A DNA stretch of 64,000 nucleotides, from NCBI GenBank assembly GCA_963749075.1, contig CAVVLJ010000017.1, positions 1,142,062 through 1,206,061 on the forward strand. The letters run 5' to 3'. The stretch is from an uncultured Pseudomonadota bacterium (GTDB taxonomy: Bacteria; Pseudomonadota; Alphaproteobacteria; JACZXZ01). The notes beneath the pieces are model-generated. The model saw nothing but the letters and a program-made list of their open reading frames with translations. It was not told where the DNA came from and made no database searches. Shown here one piece after another: positions 1-11,859 of this stretch (positions are counted from its first letter, which is position 1; each line of letters begins with the position of its first letter). A program made the translations under genes and the position numbers.

Positions 1-2
1 CA

Positions 3-587
3 TTTTTTGCAGCCATCACTACCTTGGCAACCGTCGCTATCGCCGTATTCACTTACACGCTCTACAGTGCCACCACTGAACAAGCTCGCCTGACTAGGAA
101 GGCACTCAAGGTTGCTCGCGACGAATTCACTTCCAGCCATCGCCCTCGCATCATTTTGAGAGACGTTCACTTGCTTCCGACTGAACAGGGACACGAGATT
201 ATTTTCATGCTCGTAAATACTGGGGGGACGCCCGCAACTATTGTAGAAAGCTGGATCATTATTGAGTTTATACAACCAGGTAACCCCATAAGAAATCCAC
301 GATCCTACGGGCACAATGATCTCGGGCGGATCGTTTTCGCCGCCGGAGAAATGAAAGATTTGACCTATCAGGCCCCTCCCGATGTTGGCCTTCATATAGC
401 TTTTCGTTCCGCTGCTGGCGCGGCGAGCATCGATCAATCGAAAGCTTGGCACCTCGATTTTGCGGGAGCCATTCTCTATTCTGACGACGCTGGGAATTGT
501 CGGCGAAGCGTCTTCCGACGCCGGTGGGATTTTAATAGACAAGCCTTTTGCCGAGTCGATGACCCCGATCAAGAGTATGCCGATTAA
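3..587 (+). CDS. Hypothetical protein with N-terminal TM segment, 5'-truncated by the window edge
   Basis: Frame is open from the window start; hydrophobic ATVAIAVFTYTLY segment; lower GC than the core genes. Confidence 0.6.
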   Translation, partial: FFAAITTLATVAIAVFTYTLYSATTEQARLTRKALKVARDEFTSSHRPRIILRDVHLLPTEQGHEIIFMLVNTGGTPATIVESWIIIEFIQPGNPIRNPRSYGHNDLGRIVFAAGEMKDLTYQAPPDVGLHIAFRSAAGAASIDQSKAWHLDFAGAILYSDDAGNCRRSVFRRRWDFNRQAFCRVDDPDQEYAD

Positions 588-698
588 GACAAGCCCGGCG
601 GATGCCCGTCGCAACCCTCCAAGAGGGCGCCCTAGCGCTGTCAAGCGGGGGATAATCGCCCTCAGGATGAGGCCCCAGCTCGGTGCCGGGGGCAATGG

Positions 699-827
699 CT
701 AAACGCGCCCGTGGCAGTGCTTGTGCTTCTTGCCGGAGCCGCAGGGGCAGGGGCAGGGGGCGTTGCGCGGCACCTTGCCCCAGCCGGCGCTGTCGTTGGC
801 GTTGACCCAGCGGCCGGTCGCCTCGTC
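699..827 (-). repeat. Diverged duplicate of the secA 3' end (SEC-C motif)
   Basis: Encodes [42 protein letters not shown], versus sec[41 protein letters not shown] at 1410-1532; no start codon. Confidence 0.9.
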
Positions 828-1190
828 CTACTTAACCCTTTGAAGCTTCATCCAGGCCTTGCCGCAATTGGCCGTGTTCCAAGGTTCACTTTGAAACGTA
901 TCGCCGGTAAATTGGCCAGTCATGACAACATTAGCCGCGAACGAACCTCGAAAGCTTCCGTTATCAGAAATTGATCCCGCGACATTATATTTTCTCGTGC
1001 CGCCACCCTCTGCGTAACCCGTCATTTGATTGTCTGCGATGTGGACCCTGACCTTGTCCATGTTGCCGCACCGCTCGGTGTATGACATTACTCCCTCCCA
1101 ATCTCCGTCAAAGGGGCCAGCGGAGTAAGCCGTGCCGCCCGTCAAGCACCCAATAGCGACGATCAGCGCAACGTTTAATGAGTACCTCAT
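828..1190 (-). CDS. Small secreted hypothetical protein
   Basis: Signal-peptide-like N-terminus (MRYSLNVALIVAIG...AYSA); beta-rich body with a Cys pair; GGTGG RBS-like sequence. Confidence 0.65.
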   Translation of the reverse strand: MRYSLNVALIVAIGCLTGGTAYSAGPFDGDWEGVMSYTERCGNMDKVRVHIADNQMTGYAEGGGTRKYNVAGSISDNGSFRGSFAANVVMTGQFTGDTFQSEPWNTANCGKAWMKLQRVK

Positions 1191-1373
1191 CGGACCACCC
1201 CCCGGGAACGATGCCTATGAGGCCGATAATTTACACTATTGCGAGTACCACGGCTATGCGTCCTTAGCTATCTGTTTGTCGAATAAAACCCAATAGGCGC
1301 TCCTCCCGCTTCTCAACGGCCGCGCGCATCTCCGGCGGGAACGAGTACCGTGTACACGGAGTCAATGGCGCTT

Positions 1374-1404
1374 CTGTCGTCCGTCGTCCGTCGTCTGTCG
1401 TCCG
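1374..1404. repeat. Heptamer tandem repeat arm (CTGTCGT/CCGTCGT)x4
   Basis: Directly visible; same unit as the rrn spacer repeats. Confidence 0.85.
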
Positions 1405-1409
1405 GGTCG

Positions 1410-4196
<2,787 letters not shown>

Positions 4197-4543
4197 GGAG
4201 CGGTCCTCGAAGGCGAACGGACGGAGCCGGCACCGCTGCGGTGCCGGCCCGCAGCACAGATAGGGGGTGCTGCCGGAGCTGTCAATGTCCTGGGCGGCGC
4301 CCATGGCGAAGACGAGGCGGGCTCGCGGCAACGCAAGCGACGCGCCGCTGCGGCGTACTTCATGGGCGGCCGCAGCGCTCGGCGCGGGACGCCGGCCCCG
4401 GCTTCTCCAAGTCAAGCTTCTCTTGTGCCTGGGAGCGCTTTGTGCATTATCGAGCCGCCTTTTCCGGCATCCCGGGCACCGCGGCGGACGGCGGGGTGCC
4501 CAGGCGAGCAGCCTCTCTCCCGCCGTCCGTCGAGAGGTACTTC

Positions 4544-5458
4544 ATGTCATCCCATCCCGCCGCTGCGATCCTCGCGGCCGCCGTCCTCGGGGCGATTTCA
4601 CTCGCGTTGCCGGCTTCGGCGGCCGAGACGCCGAGCGCCCCGGCAGCCGCGGGCCAGCCGGCGGCTGGCGACCCGGTCGTGGCGACCGTGAACGGCGTTG
4701 CGATCCACCGCTCGGATGTCGAGACGGCGCGCAAGGACCTGCCGCAGCAGTATCAATCCTTCCCCTTCGAGGTGGTCTATCCCGCCCTCCTCGAGCGCCT
4801 CATCGACGGCAAGCTCCTGGTGTCGGCGGGCCGCGCCGAGGGGCTGGCGAACGACGCGGAGGTCAAGGAGCGCCTGGCGCGGCTCGAGGACCAGGTCATC
4901 CAGAGCGTCTATCTCACCCGCGCCATCAAGGCCAAGCTCAGCGACGACGTGCTCAAGAAGCGCTACGAGGAGTACGTCAAGCAGAACCCGCCCGAACCCG
5001 AGGTGCACGCCCGCCACATCCTCGTGAAGAGCGAGGACGAGGCCAAGGAGATCATCAAGGAGCTCAAGGGCGGTGCGGACTTCGCCGAGCTCGCGAAGAA
5101 GAAGTCGACCGGCCCCTCCGCCGCACAGGGCGGCGACCTCGGCTTCATCAAGCGCGGCGACGTGGTGCCCGAGTTCGCCGACGCGGCCTTGGCGCTCAAG
5201 CCCGGCCAGTTCACAGAGGTGCCGGTCAAGACCCAGTTCGGCTGGCACGTCATCAAGGTCGAGGAGGTGCGCCAGTCGAGCCCGCCCGCCTTCGCGGAGG
5301 CCAAGGAGGACATCGAGCGCGAGGCGAGCCGCGACATGATCACCGAGGTGGTGAACGGCCTGCGCGAGAAGGCCAAGATCGAGCGCTTCAACGCCGACGG
5401 CTCGGCCAAGAGCGAGGGCAGTGCCGCACCCGCGGGCGGCGAGCAGAAGAAGCCCTGA
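4544..5458 (+). CDS. Parvulin-type peptidylprolyl isomerase (PrsA/PpiC-like)
   Basis: Signal peptide; HARHILV, GGDLG and KTQFGWHVIKV motifs; divergent from secA as usual in Alphaproteobacteria. Confidence 0.9.
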   Translation: MSSHPAAAILAAAVLGAISLALPASAAETPSAPAAAGQPAAGDPVVATVNGVAIHRSDVETARKDLPQQYQSFPFEVVYPALLERLIDGKLLVSAGRAEGLANDAEVKERLARLEDQVIQSVYLTRAIKAKLSDDVLKKRYEEYVKQNPPEPEVHARHILVKSEDEAKEIIKELKGGADFAELAKKKSTGPSAAQGGDLGFIKRGDVVPEFADAALALKPGQFTEVPVKTQFGWHVIKVEEVRQSSPPAFAEAKEDIEREASRDMITEVVNGLREKAKIERFNADGSAKSEGSAAPAGGEQKKP

Positions 5459-5533
5459 TTGGCACCCCCGGCAGCCGCGGGCGCCGCTGGCGCCGGGCGG
5501 GCAATAGGCTTCTGACGCACTCTTGAGGACAGC

Positions 5534-6763
5534 ATGGCCGAGCGCTCTCCCCTGGCTCCCGCACGCTTCCCCGAGCTGCCGCCGCTCGCCGGTATCACGC
5601 TTGCCGCCGCGGCCGCGGGCGTGCGCTACAGCGGGCGCAACGACGTGCTCATGGCCGAGCTCGAGCCGGGCAGCACGGTCGCCGCGGTCTTCACGCGCTC
5701 GGCAACGGCGTCCGCCCCCGTCGATTGGTGCCGGCGCGCGGTCAAGGGCGGGCGCATCCGCGCCATCGTCGCCAATTCGGGCAACGCCAATGCCTTCACC
5801 GGCCGGAGCGGCAGTGCCGCGGTCGAGCGCACCGTCGAGGCGGCGGCCGGCCTCATCGGCTGCGCCCGCGAGGAGGTCCTGGTGGCCTCCACGGGGGTCA
5901 TCGGCGAGCCGCTGCCGGACGAGCGCATCCGCGCGGTGCTTGCCGCGTGCCGCGCCGCGGGCTCGCCGGCCGCCTGGCTCGACGGCGCCCAGGCGATCAT
6001 GACCACCGACACCTTCCCCAAGGGGTCAACGCGCAGCGCCGCGATCAACGGCACCGCCGTCACCATCAACGGCATCGCCAAGGGCTCCGGCATGATCGCG
6101 CCGGACATGGCGACCCTGCTCGCCTTCGTCTTCACCGACGCGGCCATCCCGGCGGGAGTCCTGCAGGCGCTCCTCGCCCGGGCCAACGAGCGCTCCTTCA
6201 ACTGCATCACCGTCGACGGCGACACCTCGACGAGCGACACGCTCATCCTGGCGGCGAGCGGCAAGGCCGGGAACGCGCCGCCCGCGGGAGCCGGCGACCC
6301 GGCGCTCAGGTCCTTCGGCCGCGCCCTCGAGAGCCTTCTCGTCGATCTCGCCCAGCAGGTCGTGCGCGACGGCGAGGGGGCGCGGAAGCTCATCACCGTC
6401 AAGGTCTCAGGTGCGGCCTCCGCGCGCGCGGCGCGGCGCATCGGCCTCGCCATCGCCAACTCGCCGCTCGTCAAGACCGCGGTCGCCGGGGAGGACGCCA
6501 ATTGGGGCCGCATCGTCATGGCGGTCGGCAAGGCCGGCGAGAAGGCCGACCGCGACCGCCTGGCGATCGCCATCGGCGGCATCGCGGTCGCCGCGGGCGG
6601 CGTGCGCGTCGAGAACTACGACGAGGCGCCCGTGGCCGCCCACATGAAGGGCCAGGACATCCTCTTCGAGGTCGACGTGGGCGTCGGCCGCGGCCGCGCC
6701 ACGGTGTGGAGCTGCGACCTCACCGAGGGCTACATCCGCATCAACGCGAGCTATCGCAGCTAG
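5534..6763 (+). CDS. argJ: Bifunctional ornithine acetyltransferase/N-acetylglutamate synthase
   Basis: NSGNANAFTG, KGSGMIAPDMAT, DGDTSTSD, DGEGA and DANWGRI motifs. Confidence 0.96.
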   Translation: MAERSPLAPARFPELPPLAGITLAAAAAGVRYSGRNDVLMAELEPGSTVAAVFTRSATASAPVDWCRRAVKGGRIRAIVANSGNANAFTGRSGSAAVERTVEAAAGLIGCAREEVLVASTGVIGEPLPDERIRAVLAACRAAGSPAAWLDGAQAIMTTDTFPKGSTRSAAINGTAVTINGIAKGSGMIAPDMATLLAFVFTDAAIPAGVLQALLARANERSFNCITVDGDTSTSDTLILAASGKAGNAPPAGAGDPALRSFGRALESLLVDLAQQVVRDGEGARKLITVKVSGAASARAARRIGLAIANSPLVKTAVAGEDANWGRIVMAVGKAGEKADRDRLAIAIGGIAVAAGGVRVENYDEAPVAAHMKGQDILFEVDVGVGRGRATVWSCDLTEGYIRINASYRS

Positions 6764-6790
6764 CGGACGGTACTTCCGAGCACGGCCCCA

Positions 6791-7234
6791 ATGACCAGCG
6801 GCTGCGCCGACCTCCCCAAGCCCCCTTCCGACCCGCTGCCGCTCGTGCTCGTGGTGGCGGCGGCACTCGTCGACAGGGACGGCCGCGTGCTCCTCGCCGA
6901 GCGGCCGGCGGGGAAGGCGATGGCGGGGCTCTGGGAGTTTCCCGGCGGCAAGGTCCGCGACGGCGAGGCGCCGGAGGCCGCCCTCGTGCGCGAGCTCATG
7001 GAGGAGCTCGGCATCGACACGGCGGAGAGCTGCCTCTCGCCGCTCGCCTTCGCCTCCCACCGCTACGAGCGCTTCCACCTCCTCATGCCGCTCTACGTCT
7101 GCCGGGTGTGGAAGGGCATCGCGCGCGCGCGCGAGGGCCAGCGCCTCAAATGGGTGCGCCCCGCAGCACTCCGCGACTACCCCATGCCGCCCGCCGACGC
7201 GCCGCTCATCCCGGTGCTGCAGGATCTGCTGTAG
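6791..7234 (+). CDS. mutT: 8-oxo-dGTP diphosphatase (NUDIX)
   Basis: Nudix box WEFPGGKVRDGEAPEAALVRELMEELG; argJ-mutT synteny. Confidence 0.9.
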   Translation: MTSGCADLPKPPSDPLPLVLVVAAALVDRDGRVLLAERPAGKAMAGLWEFPGGKVRDGEAPEAALVRELMEELGIDTAESCLSPLAFASHRYERFHLLMPLYVCRVWKGIARAREGQRLKWVRPAALRDYPMPPADAPLIPVLQDLL

Positions 7235-7291
7235 GGCACGTGGAGGTTCGCTCCATGGCGCTTGCGCGGCAACCTCGGCGGCAGGGCCTCC

Positions 7292-7615
7292 TCAGCGCGC
7301 CTTGAGGGTCTCGATATAGGCGAGGATGTCCTCGATCTGGCGGCGGTCGAGCTCGAGCGGCGGCATCGGCTCGTGCGGCCTGGCAAGGAAGGCGCGCAGA
7401 TAGTCCGGCGTCTTGTCCGGGTCGCGGGCGAGCTCCCGGAAGGTGGGAATGCCTTGCACGGCCTGCTTCTCGCCCTTGAGGAGATGACAGTCCGAGCACC
7501 AGCGCTGGGCGAGCGCCAAGCCCTTTGCGGCTTCGCCGTGGTAGGCGGCCTGCTGGCCGAGGGCCGGCAGCGGCGCGAGCAGGCCCGCTATGAGGAGGAG
7601 TGCGATCTTTTTCAT
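7292..7615 (-). CDS. Monoheme c-type cytochrome
   Basis: Signal peptide; CSDCH heme motif; distal PHEPMP methionine. Confidence 0.85.
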   Translation of the reverse strand: MKKIALLLIAGLLAPLPALGQQAAYHGEAAKGLALAQRWCSDCHLLKGEKQAVQGIPTFRELARDPDKTPDYLRAFLARPHEPMPPLELDRRQIEDILAYIETLKAR

Positions 7616-7701
7616 GCGCGCCTCGCCGATCATGCGCCGCGACGGTGCGTCCGGGCGGAACCCAAGCTATCGGCGGCGGCCGCGGCGGGCAATGAGCTAT
7701 G

Positions 7702-8625
7702 TCAAGAACCGGCTCGGCGCGGCGAGGCCTTGTCGCCGGCCGGGTGCTCCTCGCTGTCGAGCGCCGCGGCGAGGCGCGCCGCGGCACTTCCCGGCTTGAG
7801 CGGTTGCTGTTGCGACCCGTGGGGCGCCCAACCGGTGAGATAGAGCACCTCGAAGCTCGCAGGGACGCGGCCGTCGGCCTGGGCGAAGCGCTCGGCGTAG
7901 ATCGCCGCGGCGCGCAGGAGCGTGGTGCGCCGGCTGAAGCCGCGCCTCAAGCCCGCCACCGCATTCGTCTCGCCCATGCCGCGCAGATCGCGCATCAGCG
8001 CCAGCGCCGTCCCGTAGGTCACCGTGATGAGGTCGCGGTCGACGACGGGGAGGGCGAAGCCGGCGCGCTGCAGGAGCGAGCCGGCGTCGCGCACGTCGGC
8101 AAAGGGCGAGACGCGCGGGCCGGCGCCGCCCTCGATCTCGGCCTCGGCCTCGAGGAGTGCCACGCGCAGCTCGCGGAGCGTCTCGCCGCCGAGGAGGGCG
8201 GCCAGGAAGAGCCCGTCGGGCCTGAGCGCGCGGCGGATCTGGATGAGCGCCCCGGGCAGGTCGTTGACCCAATGGAGGGAGAGGTTGCTGATGACGAGAT
8301 CGAGACTGCCTTGGGCGAAGGGCAGCGCCTCTTCGTCGGCGGCGACGGCGGGCCCGCTCGCGCCGCGCAGCAAGGCCGGCGAGAGGTCGCTCGCCACGAG
8401 ACGCTCGATGCCGCCGCGGCCCCGGAGCAGCCGCGCGAGGGTGCCGCCGCGGCAGCCGAGGTCGAGCGCCAGCGGGAAGCGGTGCTGCGTGTCGTCGAGG
8501 CGGTCGACGAGCCGCTCCGCCACCTCGCGCAAGAGGAAGTCGTGCTCCCCGAGCCTCCCCACCGCGCGCTCGCGGTGGAGGCGCACGAGCCGGCGGTCGA
8601 AGACCTCTATGGCCCCGTCGCTCAT
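7702..8625 (-). CDS. SAM-dependent methyltransferase (BioC/NDUFAF5-like)
   Basis: LDLGCRGG, LSLHWVNDLPG and PRVSPF motifs; divergent from comF. Confidence 0.88.
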   Translation of the reverse strand: MSDGAIEVFDRRLVRLHRERAVGRLGEHDFLLREVAERLVDRLDDTQHRFPLALDLGCRGGTLARLLRGRGGIERLVASDLSPALLRGASGPAVAADEEALPFAQGSLDLVISNLSLHWVNDLPGALIQIRRALRPDGLFLAALLGGETLRELRVALLEAEAEIEGGAGPRVSPFADVRDAGSLLQRAGFALPVVDRDLITVTYGTALALMRDLRGMGETNAVAGLRRGFSRRTTLLRAAAIYAERFAQADGRVPASFEVLYLTGWAPHGSQQQPLKPGSAAARLAAALDSEEHPAGDKASPRRAGS

Positions 8626-8707
8626 GGCCCCTATATGGCACGGGACACGGCGGCGGACCATGGCCGCGCATTGACAGCGCGCTCCAGCACCGCTTTGATG
8701 GCCGGCG

Positions 8708-9478
8708 ATGCTCGAGAGCTTCGAGAGCCTCGCGGGAGCAAGGTTGCGGCGCTGGGGTGCGCTAGCGCTCAATGCCGTGCTGCCGGCGCGCTGCCTCTCC
8801 TGCGGCGTCGTGGTGGATGCGCCGGGGACGCTCTGCCCGCCGTGCTGGCGCGCCATCGACTTCCTCGCCCCGCCCTTCTGCGCCTGCTGCGGCATGCCCT
8901 TCGAGGTCGATCCGGGGGAGGCAGCGCTCTGCACCGGCTGCCTCGACCGGCCGCCCGACTTCGCGCGGGCGCGCGCGGTCTTCCGCTACGGCGAGGAGAG
9001 CCGCCGGCTCATCCTCGGCTTCAAGCACGGCGACCGGCTGCACGGCACAAAAGCCTATGCCGCCTGGATGGCCCGCGCCGGCGCCGAGCTCGTCGCGGAC
9101 GCGGCCGTCATCGCCCCGGTGCCGCTCCATTGGACGCGGCTCTTCGCGCGGCGCTACAACCAGGCGGCCCTTCTCGCCAATGCGCTGGCGCGCTCGGCAG
9201 GGATCGAGGCGGTGCCCGACCTCCTGGTGCGGAAGCGCCGCACCCCCTCGCAAGGCCGCCTCAATGCCGCCGAGCGGCGGCGCAACGTGCGCGGCGCCTT
9301 CGCGGTCCGGGCGAGTGCCGCACCGCGCATAGCAGGCAGACGCGTGCTCCTCATAGACGACGTCTATACGACCGGCGCCACCGCGGGCGCCTGCGCGCGG
9401 TCGCTTCTCGCGGCGGGAGCCTCGGCGGTCGACGTGCTGACGCTCGCCCGCGTGGTGCGGCCGCAAGCTCGGGCATGA
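8708..9478 (+). CDS. comF: ComF family amidophosphoribosyltransferase-like protein
   Basis: CxxC zinc ribbons; RRYNQA; PRT motif LLIDDVYTTGAT. Confidence 0.92.
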   Translation: MLESFESLAGARLRRWGALALNAVLPARCLSCGVVVDAPGTLCPPCWRAIDFLAPPFCACCGMPFEVDPGEAALCTGCLDRPPDFARARAVFRYGEESRRLILGFKHGDRLHGTKAYAAWMARAGAELVADAAVIAPVPLHWTRLFARRYNQAALLANALARSAGIEAVPDLLVRKRRTPSQGRLNAAERRRNVRGAFAVRASAAPRIAGRRVLLIDDVYTTGATAGACARSLLAAGASAVDVLTLARVVRPQARA

Positions 9479-9514
9479 GGCACGGGCAATGAGGCAAGGG
9501 CCGGCTGACGCGGC

Positions 9515-9536
9515 GGTAGTGGGTAAGTTTGAATTT
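9515..9536. mobile_element. Putative terminal repeat of an IS1-like element
   Basis: GGTAGTGGGTAAGTTTGAATTT marks the GC drop right after comF; resembles GGTAGTG...AGTTTGAA ends of alphaproteobacterial IS1-like elements (from memory). Confidence 0.5.
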
Positions 9537-9602
9537 AGGCAGCTTTCATCGGGCCGCCGCCCCCAGTGGGAGAGGGAAAATCAACCCTGGGGCATGGAGG
9601 TA

Positions 9603-10226
9603 CTAGAGCACAATGTCGGCGTGCTGCCTTAGCTCGGCGCGGACATTATGGCCAAGAGGCTCCAAAATCACTTTAATGCCCTCGCGACGAACGAATTTGA
9701 ATGCAGGCACAAAATCGGAATCACCTGTTACCACGATGACAGCGCGAACAAGTGCTCTCAGCGCAAGACGGGCCATATCCATCCCAACACGCATATCGAC
9801 GCCCTTTTGTGATAGGTCGAGTTCAAAATCTGAATCCGTCAGCGGTCTGTGCGCATGGACGAGTTCTTTCGCAATTCTCGGCTTAATGCGCCATTTGTTC
9901 GGGGATAGCCGAACGTCGCCCATTCTCAGTGCAAAATTCGGTTTCAATATGAGCTGATCGTAAAGGCTTTGTGACATACGAAAGCGCGGCGACGCGCCCA
10001 AATTCAGATCGGCACGGCTAACTGGCTGCATAACCTTTTGTGCGGAAGGAAAGGCATCATAATAGTAGATTCTGAGGAGTTCATAATCTGCGATGTGAGG
10101 AATCGACTTTAGCCGCTCACACTCGGCCACAATATCGTCCGCGGTTGGGTGGCGATTGTGCTTCTGGTAAAGCTTTTTTGTCAAAAAGCCGCCATCCAGC
10201 AGAATGGCATAAAGCGGCTGGAACAC
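9603..10226 (-). CDS. NYN/LabA-like PIN-fold ribonuclease
   Basis: Acidic motifs LLDGGF, RIYYYD, QKGVDMRVGMD and GDSDFVPA. Confidence 0.88.
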   Translation of the reverse strand: MFQPLYAILLDGGFLTKKLYQKHNRHPTADDIVAECERLKSIPHIADYELLRIYYYDAFPSAQKVMQPVSRADLNLGASPRFRMSQSLYDQLILKPNFALRMGDVRLSPNKWRIKPRIAKELVHAHRPLTDSDFELDLSQKGVDMRVGMDMARLALRALVRAVIVVTGDSDFVPAFKFVRREGIKVILEPLGHNVRAELRQHADIVL

Positions 10227-10243
10227 TGCTATTGGTGCCCCCT

Positions 10244-10320
10244 AAAAAGACGGAGCCGGCGCACCCCAAGCGCCGAAGCGCACCGCTTCGCGGTCTGTCG
10301 GATGGGCCGGCTCACTCGTC
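10244..10320 (-). ncRNA. Structured leader/putative ncRNA upstream of NYN
   Basis: Outer stem GACG-GAGCCGGC/GCCGGCTC-CGTC; inner hairpin CGAAGCG-cac-CGCTTCG; followed by U5 on the minus strand. Confidence 0.5.
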
Positions 10321-10407
10321 TATCTTAGTGCCCGAAATACGGCTCAACACCGCTGGGCTTACACACACATATAGCGGCAAACCGTCGATTCTTCAACACA
10401 AATAAAT

Positions 10408-10423
10408 AGTTTCACGTGAAACA
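10408..10423. promoter_or_regulatory. parS-like centromere site
   Basis: AGTTTCACGTGAAACA is a 15/16 match to the parS consensus TGTTTCACGTGAAACA. Confidence 0.7.
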
Positions 10424-10470
10424 TTTGAACGATGAGCAAAACAAAACGTTCGTCGCCATGTTTCTCTCGG

Positions 10471-10499
10471 TTGACAAACAAACACGGACTCGCTATATG
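10471..10499 (+). promoter_or_regulatory. Sigma70-like promoter for the 10537 ORF
   Basis: TTGACA-N17-TATATG. Confidence 0.55.
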
Positions 10500-10536
10500 A
10501 AACCTTTCGGGCGGCGGACGCCCAAAGAGGTGTACT

Positions 10537-11133
10537 ATGACGAACATGGTGAATGCGCTCCAACCCGCGATTGATGCGTTGGAAAAGGACTTGGCAGACC
10601 TGGAACGCCAGGGGAACGCACTTCTGACCAGCATCAACCTTCTACGAGCGAAGGCTGGCTTGCCACCTCGCCCCGGTGCGTGGACAGGCCCATCCTCGGA
10701 GACGGCTGGCTCTTCGGACGGTGGCCGCCTCACTCTCAGTAGCATCCACTCCGACACCTTCCTCGGTAAGCGTATGGGATCGGCCGCGCGCGAATATCTA
10801 GCGATGCGAAAGGCGAGCGGCGGCAATGCCCCAGCCACGACGCGAGAGGTATTCAATGCGCTCAAGGACGGCGGTTTCGTCTTCGGAGCCAAGGATGACG
10901 CCACCGCCATCGTTGTACTGCGCGCCATGCTTCGGAAGAACACTCAGATGTTCTACAAGCTCCCGAACGGCACGTATGGTTTGCGGTCGTGGTATCCCGA
11001 TCTAAAACGTTCCAAGGCACCCGCTGACAGCGACGACGACAAGGCGCCCAAGGTGCCAGCCGGCAAGGCAGGGGAAGGTGAACTCGAAGACGATTGGCCC
11101 TTGGATGAGACGGATAAGCCTGCGGTCGCCTAA
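10537..11133 (+). CDS. Coiled-coil plus winged-HTH (HARE-HTH-like) protein
   Basis: N-terminal heptads; F-x-K-x4-YGLRSWY resembles the HARE-HTH wing; acidic tail; GAGG RBS. Confidence 0.6.
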   Translation: MTNMVNALQPAIDALEKDLADLERQGNALLTSINLLRAKAGLPPRPGAWTGPSSETAGSSDGGRLTLSSIHSDTFLGKRMGSAAREYLAMRKASGGNAPATTREVFNALKDGGFVFGAKDDATAIVVLRAMLRKNTQMFYKLPNGTYGLRSWYPDLKRSKAPADSDDDKAPKVPAGKAGEGELEDDWPLDETDKPAVA

Positions 11134-11385
11134 AGCGTTCGGGCCACGAATGGATAACCATTCGTGGCCCTATGATCTTGGCGGGTGGCTCCCGTCCTCT
11201 AAACCGGCATGCAGGGCCGGAGAAGGGAAGGTGTTCAGTGCGTAGTCGCACGTTAGAAGCGTCGCGGTGGTTTAGCGTCATCGGGCCTAGCCCGCCCGGT
11301 GGCGCGACCACCGCCATTACATAGCATCAAACCACCGCTTCGTCCATCCCATCGGGCCTCGGCCCGAAATTATGAGGTACGTTTT

Positions 11386-11551
11386 ATGGTTACAAAGACG
11401 CCTGAGAAGCCGCCGAGCAAGCGAGAGCCTTAGCATCGCCGGCGAGAAGCTGAGCACTAGCAAGAGCGCGGCTACCAGAACCCTGGCGGGTCGCGTTCTG
11501 TCCGAAGCGGCAGCGATTGCTCGCGCGAAGCCTACACGAAAGGGTCGCTAA
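11386..11551 (+). pseudogene. Small basic protein (54 aa if one extra C is removed)
   Basis: GAGG RBS; MVTKTPEKPPSKRE/LSIAGEKL...TLAGRVLSEAA; length is 166 = 3n+1. Confidence 0.35.
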
Positions 11552-11859
11552 CCCTTAGTCCTTGTGAACCGGCGGCGCCATATCCAGCGCAACGTGTCTG
11601 TTTAGGGCGTCGCCGGCCAAGGTAGGAATGACGCCAGCTTTGAGTGGCCCCTGTCCCGGGTCGTAGGCCGACCGTACCTCGCCGTCCTTCCCCCATATCA
11701 CCAATGCATAGCCCGAAATATCGTCGCCCAGATCTTTGACCATATGGCGGCAAGCTTCAAAGAGTGAGCGCCTAGCGTTTTTGCCTCGTCTTGTCGGCGT
11801 TCTGCTATGATCTCGCTCAAGCGATGGACGCGGATAACTGAGGTCGAGCAAAAAATAGA

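Noticed and set aside
588-672. Fragments resembling alphaproteobacterial REP-like repeats (GACAAGCCCGGC, CTCAGGATGAGG)
   Set aside because: Only half-motifs with no partner arm in the window; cannot be supported.
10359-10943. Minus-strand ORF containing MFHVK
   Set aside because: Antisense to the 10537 gene; MFHVK is simply the translated parS palindrome.
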